Positions 53,701 to 62,700 of a DNA stretch of 64,000 nucleotides are shown here, piece by piece. The stretch is from Phoronis australis. Taxonomy: Eukaryota; Animalia; Phoronida. Both the position numbers and the translations under genes were made by a program. The notes beneath the pieces are model-generated. The model saw only the letters and a program-made list of their open reading frames with translations. It had not been told where the DNA came from and ran no database searches. The stretch covers positions 386,341 through 450,340 of the forward strand of contig NMRA01000357.1 of assembly GCA_002633005.1 (NCBI GenBank), written 5' to 3'. The first letter of the stretch is position 1; each line of letters begins with the position of its first letter.

Positions 53701-56700
53701 GGGCTAGTATATAGCTTACTACACATTCTATCACCCTAAGCTTCGACCGTGAAAATATCGTCTGCTAAAGTAGGTTACCCCACTGCAGAATGCTGAATGT
53801 TAACCAAATCCCCTTTTGTCCACTGACGTCATATGCATGCTGGCACCCTCCAAGGGAGGTTGGGAGACTTTGCACTGGTAGCCTGCCCTTGTAGAATCTG
53901 CAGTTTATTTACACAACTGGTAACTGGACTCTTGAGGGTGATGACTGACATCATTTGTATCAAACAAAGATACTTAGTCCGGTCCCTTAGCAGCCAAAAA
54001 CCCCAAAACATTTACACCCCGGATTAAAGCACCAAATTTGGTACACAGATACTTTGGGACACGCTGAATCTCATGGGGGTCGGTTGCCCGAAATTTGAGG
54101 TCAAGGTCAAGGTCAAATCAAGGTCAAAGGTCATGTGGGTAATTTTTTTGAAATGGCTTCAGACGAAGTATCTGTTTCATTACTGTTTCAGGTGATAAGC
54201 AGGAGGCTTTATTTTTGGTTAAAATTAATGTTAATAACTTGTAAAAATAAGTTGAAAGTAAAAAAGTAATTTTCCAGACACTTAAGATGGTAATTATCCT
54301 AATTAATAGAGCATATACATTTTCAATGAAAAATAAGTCTATTTGTTTTCTCTGGCTGAGAAAAACTGTCAAACTAGTATGAATATGCATTAAATCAACT
54401 CTAAAATGGTTTACCTTTAACAGAAGTTCATTTTTAAATGTTTTTGTTACAATATTTATGGTTAATTATGTAACAAATCGTCTCCGTAATTAAAGGAAAT
54501 CGGACATCTTGCTAAATTTTCAAATAACAATTGCTGAAACTTTTATCATCATTTTTAATTTGATCATAGCTGAAGGTAACTTTGTTAATTAATGTGTTTA
54601 CATTTTAGTTTGAACTTGATTGTCACATAAACTAAACCAATTAAAGTAATTTAGGTCATTGATGGTTTCCAGTAGAATGAAATAAAAAAGTCAGGTTTTA
54701 CTTGGTGTATCACAATAAGGTGAAGCCCTTGTTGCACTATACTTTAAAACAGGTCCAGGCATAATGATTGTCTTGAGGAACATGTCCATTTTTAAGGTTT
54801 GTGTCCATCCAGTTAGTTGTGTTGACAAATTATGTAACAAGTGAAGCTGACCCTTGCTCATCCAGACAACAGTACCCAAGCAGGTGACCTCAGGTCTGAG
54901 ACTCGCATGATGTTGACCTCCAGTTCATTGCTCTTGTACTATTATATTTTGATTGAGGTTTACTAATTTAGGTATGTACTTTTTTGAGTAACTATGTACA
55001 TAAAAATATCCTAAATTGATTTAACTTATTGGAGATAATCATATCGCGTTTGGTGGTGATAGACCGACCCAAAAAACCTCGCCTCATTTTCGAATAGGTG
55101 GAAATTCCTGAGAAAACCACAAACCTTTGAGTAAAATGCGATTTCACGCCTATACACATTAACTCTATTCCGATACATTTGCTTGTATGCCAGGCCACGG
55201 ACAGTGCTGTTCTTGAATGGAATTATTTACGGATTTTTAGGCAAACCTTTGGCAAATGCGACTCGACTTAGAATGAACAAAAACATACCGTTTTAGTCGA
55301 CATAACTTTCAATATTTTAATATGAAAAACAAAATAACCGAATGCTCGGCCGCATTCAACTCACAGGCAGCAGACGTCTTATCACTGCCGTAAATCATGA
55401 GAAGCTCAAAAGTAAGTTTTACACAACCTCTGCATACTAAGTATCGTGGCCATTCGCAGTAGGCCCCATTACCCGCGGACGCAGGACTCAGTTCAGACAC
55501 TCAACTGAGCAAAAATTATTTATCATGCCGCAACCTCAGAATTCACTTTGTAACATACCACAAAAGCATTTTTCTTAATTCTTAGATTTTGAGGATTGAC
55601 GAAAGTCACGATACATAGAATTATCCAAGTCTATATGTGACTCGTCTGATGTTACTTGGTCCGTACTGATAGGCTAAATCAGTGGTTAACTCGGTTTACG
55701 AGTTCTCATGACCTCCACTGGGGGCGCCAGCATGCGTGTGACGTCAGTGGACAAAAGGGAATTTGGCCAACATTCACCATTCTGCACTGCTTACTGAGTA
55801 CAGTGCCCAAGTCAAAGGATCCCGCCGACACGATACCCGCAAGTGAGAGAAAAGGAGAGACAAATTGGATTGAATTAATGTATGGTTTTTATAGCGTATA
55901 CATGTAAGTGTCGGTACAATGCCCTTTGTTGAACATGTGATTATTGCGTGTGCTCAATTATAACTATTCTATTTTCGCGTTAGATGACGTCAGCGGCTGA
56001 GTGGTGCAGTTAAGTCTTGGGAAGCAGGTTCGAAACCGGCCGCGGTTTCCCGCCAAAATGTTTTCTACTGTAACGCCGTTTAATAACTGAGTGGGTCATT
56101 ACACTGTTGTATTGGCCATTCGAGGCTGGTATTGTGGTATAAAAACGTTTTTATACTCCGCTACACAAATCTCGTAATGTAAGAAGCCACATTAAAAAAT
56201 CGACCTACCGTAATCGTCAGACCAGGTCGACTGGTCGGCCACAAGTTTTTACATTTCAACACCGAAGAGTCGCTAGGACTATGAGACAGTTTCCCTATCC
56301 TGTGCAGGTCCCTAAGCTGTACTTGTAGCCCTGATCAATCGATAAACCGGGATCTGTTTACCACAAGATTACCCGAGGTGTTCCAGGTGCCTCAATGTTG
56401 TTAAATTGGGAGAAATGACAGAGCGATACATCATTGCTTACGCCTTGTTACGTGGGGATAGTCATCTAGAACCTCATAGCATTAGGGTTGAGGAGATTGA
56501 CAACGGCAAACTCTCCAGAAGAGGCGTAACTTTGCTTCGTGCTCAGTTCTTTTGAATAATATATTGTTTGAAGTAGGCGTCACCAGATGCCAAGTACTGC
56601 GCGTGTTGACTGTGACACGTGATACGGATAACTCAACTCCTTGCTATATATACCATGTATGGTTCACTTTCAGAAAAATGTGTTGTTAATCAGCGAGTGG

Positions 56701-59700
56701 CCCCAAACTTTGACATTCACAAGGTAAGACGTAGTGTATTCATTTCCCGGCCGCCCATGTTGGACATAAGACTATTAGATCCCAAAAATCATTATTGGTT
56801 ATGGTCTCTCTCCCGACTAATGGTGACACCTGCGCTCACCAACTAAAAATAAAAAACGCCCGTCCGCCTCAGATTTGTTTGTTTTTTGTTCATAAAGCTG
56901 CAAAAACGTATTTAAGGAAGGATACGCAATGTTTGAAAAATCAAGAATTTGCTAAGCGATGAGTCAAGAAAGCAGAACCCGCATCATCTTTGTTGGTCTC
57001 AGTTGGATTTTCGTGTTTGAAAAAGGGCGCCTAAATATTCCACCGCCTCGATTTTTAAAAATAGCAAGGACAAGAATCAACTATTTTTTGCTCTCCGACC
57101 ACTAGAAACATTCTTCTATTCGTCGATATTTGAGTGTAAAACATTTTGATCTCAGCCCCATTTCCAAGGAATGACTGTGAAAACAATAAGTCACACATCT
57201 TGATCAACTTTGCAGAATATGTGCGCAATTGTCCGGCAAGAACTTTGTTGTTTTTTTGTGAAATCAGCACACAACAGGCTTAGACTGTTGATTTTGTTTA
57301 CGATTATTGAAATTCTTATATGTCTGACATTAATTCTAAATTTGAACTTCTAAACAACACTAAATATACATGTATCCAACACAGATTTCCAAATAGGGAT
57401 CACTCAGTTTTTGTGCAGTGACACCCAGACAAGAAAACGTGAAACAATCATTGGACATTAATAGTATGGGAGTCTTCCCATTATTACTGAACTACGTACG
57501 ACTATTTTTTTTGGTTTGATCACACTAAACTTTTTATTGCGGTGCCTAAATAAGTGAAGAAAGTTGGTTTTTTTATTTCACCCATATCTGTGTAAGAAAT
57601 CTTCTTGTACAAGACTTTCGGCGACAGAAATCGCTGTCTATGACAGCCTTGTTTGAAATATAAATTGTTAACTTTCCTTTCGCGCGACAGAACGTAAAAT
57701 TAATGTGTGTGCACGACCCAGAATTTTTAATTTGCAACTTAATAAATTTAGATGTTACGTTAATTTTAAAAACGAAGAAGACATGTCGTCAACAACAAAT
57801 AATAAAAAAGAATTATATCTTGCGAACCCCAGCTCATGGGTGAGTAAGGTGCATTTGCATTTGCATTTGCTTTTGCAACTGCTTTTGCTTTTGCATACAT
57901 TTACATTTAGGGCAAAGGAAACCCAAAAACATTTAAAGGATGGCGTAGGGTTGCACATATAATCCGCTTCTTCATTTTTCCTTAAGCTTTAAATCAAGAT
58001 TTTGCACGTCTCACTTAAAGCTAATGGGCTCTGCTAGAAGAATTGTGCGTACGCTATTTCACAAACAGCTTATATGGGAAGATTTAAATAAAGCAAATGA
58101 GTTTTTGAATGTTCTAGTTCGTAGGGAAGTGGTACATTGAACAAGAAACGCGCGTGCATGTAGGGAAATGGCGCGCAGATTACCTCGTCATCAAAGAAAC
58201 AGAGCAAGGCGTTGGCATTGAATTTCACGGTGGACCTTTTGATCAGGGACAGTAAGTATTTTGCTGATCGAATCCCAAAGTTAACCAAGATAGTTTTAGT
58301 AAATGATCACGTGAATTTACAAGTACGTTTCAATATTTCTGTTTGTGGTGTACACTGTACGTCCTCGGATTTGGGATGCGAGCAAAATGTGAATTCATTT
58401 AGATTGGTGCACATTTGTAATATTAGTTTTATGCATTGGTTGTTCACACGTGACCAGAAACGAAGATTTGAATGTGTTCCCATAACTCAACATTACAACC
58501 TCTCCAAAACATCATTTTAGCTATGAACATTTTGACAGCCATATACTCGCTCAGCCCTTATCTCACTCGCGTGATTTTGAGCAGTCTTGCGTGATATCCA
58601 TTTTCTTGCAAGAAATCCGAACGCAGCCCAGCACACTCACACAGTCGGCTTTCACATGGTCAAGGCCCAATTTATACCCTAAACCATTTTCCCTGTAGCA
58701 CTCCTCAGTCCCTGACTCCGGCATACTGTCACCCTTACCTTGGTAACAATCAATTGTTACCATGCATACATGTTAAAACTCACGGAGTCCAACTGGTAGC
58801 TAGTACTCTAAGTTTCGTGTCCATCAGGCAGTTGTAACCCTACCATGCGATTAATGTTCGAATCTTCAGTCCGACGCATTTTGAGTCTTGCGCTAGCGGA
58901 CAAAATAATAAAATCTGGCCGGAATTAATTTAACAACCGACACGTCAGCAAGGTTTGAAACGCCATGATTTGCAGAATGATGAATGAAAAAGTCACGTGC
59001 TCTCCTCTCGGGTATGTGTTCGTTTTTTGAAAAGAGCGAACAACGAATATATCCTGCACATATTCGATTTTCAAAAATGCAGACCAGTGTGCTTCTTAAA
59101 CTACTAATTGAAAATTATTTGCAGTTATGTGAAAGGCAATTTAACTGAGCAGTCACAAGCAGTTTTCAAGTACTCAGACGCCTTGCATACAAGTAAGTAA
59201 CATTACGAAGTACAAGCGACATTATGTGCAATGGCTGCTGGGTTTGTACCATATTAGGACTCGCTCCGTAAAACAATCCGTTTATTACCTCTTACAGGAA
59301 CACTGTCGCTTCTTCGGGTGAAAACGCATCTTTGTGATCATTGTTGGCAAGGATAGACTTCTTGAGGTTATGAGCATTGAGCAGAACTATAACTCAACAA
59401 CATTGTGTTTCGTGATTATACTACAAATCTCACATTCTCGCCACCTACATGTATTCGTTGAAATCAAGCCCGGAGTTTTTACCAACTGAACACACTTTTA
59501 CTGTTTGTTAAACATGATAAAACATGCCTTTGGCGGCATTTACAGTTCATGTTTGGATTGGGGCTAAGATCTGCCTGCAGAGCTATAGTCTGCCACCATG
59601 TGGATACCTTGTTCGATTCCTCGCTGAGTGATATCTCAGAAATGTATTTTTCTTGCCCATAATGTCCCTTTGAAGGTACACGTTTGTTAAATTATATTTT

Positions 59701-62700
59701 CACTATTTCCAGCTCATTTCCGCGTCGTGTGGACTACCAGTAACCTGACATTGATCTACGAAAGCCTCATAAGCTCTCATGATAGACTTGGTAGCCATGG
59801 GAATTCGGACGCCTACTTCCTTCATAGGCACCCGAAACTGTCGGCAAAAGAGCTTCAGTTGATGAACGAGTCATGGGTGGACATCATATCAATGTTTTGT
59901 TTAACTAAATACCAACACATTCCTAAGGAAGGTGAGCCAGGTGAAGGTCCCTGGACCTGTGCTACGATCAATTAATATAGTTAGCTTTTAAGTTTGAACT
60001 CAAACATTAACCTTGTCACCTCTGACAAGGCATAACGAGAACTTTTGGAATGTATTGGAATTAACGTACCCCTGGGTGGAAAGTTCTAAAAAAATTTAAA
60101 ATTTCCTGTACAGTCCACCGTATCATCACCATCATTATGTCTGCATACAGCACCAGAATTACAGAAAGTGCATCATTCTAAATCACAGGGAGCGGTGAGT
60201 CAGCAAGCAGCGGTGATGGCAGCGGTGAAACCGGACCCAGCTTTAGTAGTGGTGACGTCAGCAGTGGCGAGCTGGACAGTAGCGCATCTGTTGAAGGAAG
60301 TGGCGTCGGTAGCGGTGATGTGGGCAGTGGTAGCGTTCATAGACTGACAGGTAGGAATTTAAAATAGAACTTAGCAAAATTGGTTCTTATTCTGGTTCTT
60401 CCTCCCCACTTATTTGGATACCTGCGCTTACGGACTAAAATCCTCCAATTCATCAATTTCTGATAAAGTCTTGTTTTTTGTCTGAAAATATGCAAAAAAT
60501 CACGAAAACAGGGATCAGCTAGGTTTGCAACTCCATGATTTGTCAATTAATAATTTAAAAATATCGAATACCGCGTGGGTCTTTTTACTATTAAAATATC
60601 ACACCAATCGATTTTCCGAAAAGAAGAGAACAAAACCACTTCTGCACCTTTCGGACTAACCCTGTGTTTTGCATAAAAACGGTTTCATCAGAATTAGCGC
60701 AACCTAACACTAGTTACAGTGTAACTAAAACGCTACCTCACCATATTAAACAAGAGCAACACGGAGCGTTGAAATGCACCCACGAATGCACCGCTAACGC
60801 TGTGCTTCTAGAGGTGTTTATTTGGAACATAAAAATGGCAACTGGAGGGCGCAAAATATGTCGAATCCATTCAAGAACTTGTATGTGTCATCAAAGCTAT
60901 TAATCAATTTTCATGAAAATCCGTCAAGGAACTTTTGAGGAAACAGAGGAAAATGAAAAAATGAAATTGTCACCAAGAGGCACCAAAGTAGATAAAGCAG
61001 GAAAATAATCGACAGACTTCCTCTTGCCATTAGGAACATAAATGTCTCTTTCCACAACCATCCTTCGAGTAGTTTGATTGACAGAGGGGCAGACGGCAAA
61101 TAACAAGACTCCAGAACAGTAAAAATGGCCACAACATGGCGCAAAATGCCCCGAATTTTACCGAAAACCGGATGATAGCGTCACCTCATTAATAGATGCC
61201 TAACTGCCAAATTTTATCAAAATCTATTGGCGACCCTTTAAGATAGAGAGGTAAACGTAAAAAATTAAATTGCTACTATGGGGCACACGGGTAGCCCGAT
61301 CTGTCCGAAAGTCGCCATCCTCTGTTGTCAACTACATATAAATACATTAGCAAAATTCAATAAAGATTCTATAGAGCATTTAGGAGATACAAACAAAACT
61401 GCCACCAGGAGGCGCCAAAGTATTCCAAGTCATCGGAAAAGCATCGTCAGCCGCCCTCTTCACAGTAAGAACATATATGCCAATTTTCAAATCATCCCTA
61501 GAGCGAAAACAGTAAAAATGGCCACTAGGTGGCGTAAAGTACCCCGAATACGTCCGAAAACGGGAGGATGGCATCATCTCGCTAATAGATGTGTAACTGC
61601 CAAGTTTTATGAAAATCCGTTGAGGACCTCCAAATCTACAGAGGTAAGCGTAAAAATTAAAATTGCCACTAAGGGACACACCAGTTGTCGGAGAGGTTTG
61701 TTGTCATCAATTGCCACCTTCATGGGAACACATCTGCCAAATCTCATTACGATCTTGTGAGGGGTTTAGGAGATAAAGCCATGGGCTCAAAAACAAACAA
61801 AACTGCCACTAGGAGCCAACACAGTTGTCGAAGTCGACGGAAAATCACCTCAGTCGCCCTCTTCACCTTAAGAACATATATGCCCATTTTCAAATCATCC
61901 CTAGAGCGGTTTGCTTGATATAACGATAAACGCCAAAAACAGACTCGAAAACAGCAAAAATTGCCACTACGTGACGCAAAGTACCTCGAATCCGTCAGAA
62001 AACGGGAGGATGGAATCATCTCACTAATAGATACCTATCTGCCAAAATTTATGAAAATCCGTTGAGGACATCCGAAGATACAGAGGTAAGCGTAAAAAGT
62101 TAAAATTGCCCCTGCGGGCTACACCGATTGTCCGAGAGGTCCGAAATCCGTCGTCGTCAGTCGTCAGCTTCACAGGAACACATCTGCCAAATCTCATCAA
62201 CACCCTGTGAGGGGTTTAGGAGATACAGCTGCGGACGCCGGACCACGGACGCCGGACGACGGACGCCCAGACAGAGATGGCGGAAACATGCAACCACATA
62301 TAAATATGTGGGCGCATAAAAATAAATTATTTCAGTGGTTCGAAGTGTTCGTTATAGTGTTCATGAACTGGCGTCAAGCGATATAGTAACGCATGCCGAC
62401 TTGCCAAATTTGTGAGAATTCTACACTTTCAGAGAATTCAGGAGACGACTCTACAATGGAGACGTGCACGACGCGACGAGACAGGATAAAAGAGAGAATC
62501 CAGAAGGGCTCTGAATCTGACACTGATGCGCTGGACCAGAACGTCCCTGTCTGTGAACAGGACGGTAGTTACAGTGCCAAGCAGTGTAGAGGTTCTAGGT
62601 AAGAATCTTCAGCCGGTTCATGTTCGACAAATGTGACCACGCGTCCGCAAAGCTCCTTTATTGTGTTTGAAAGGAGAGTGGGGTTGGCGAAACAGATTAT

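Noticed and set aside
56415-56555. Short protein-like frame MTERYIIAYALLRGDSHLEPHSIRVEEIDNGKLSRRGVTLLRAQFF
   Set aside because: No recognisable motif and no splice sites linking it to gene 2.
60151-60347. Alternative acceptor at 60151 giving a hydrophobic Ala/Val-rich frame that ends in a stop (would mimic a membrane anchor)
   Set aside because: It is a shifted frame of the SG repeat. The 60189 acceptor keeps frame with the downstream Tg-1 exons and matches gene 1. Not excluded as a minor isoform, but unsupported.
60830-62220. Repeats with intervening variable sequence, superficially CRISPR-like; also ORFs 61278-61760 and neighbours
   Set aside because: Units are long and degenerate, the context is a eukaryotic intron, and there are no cas genes. 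The HINE internal array explains them.
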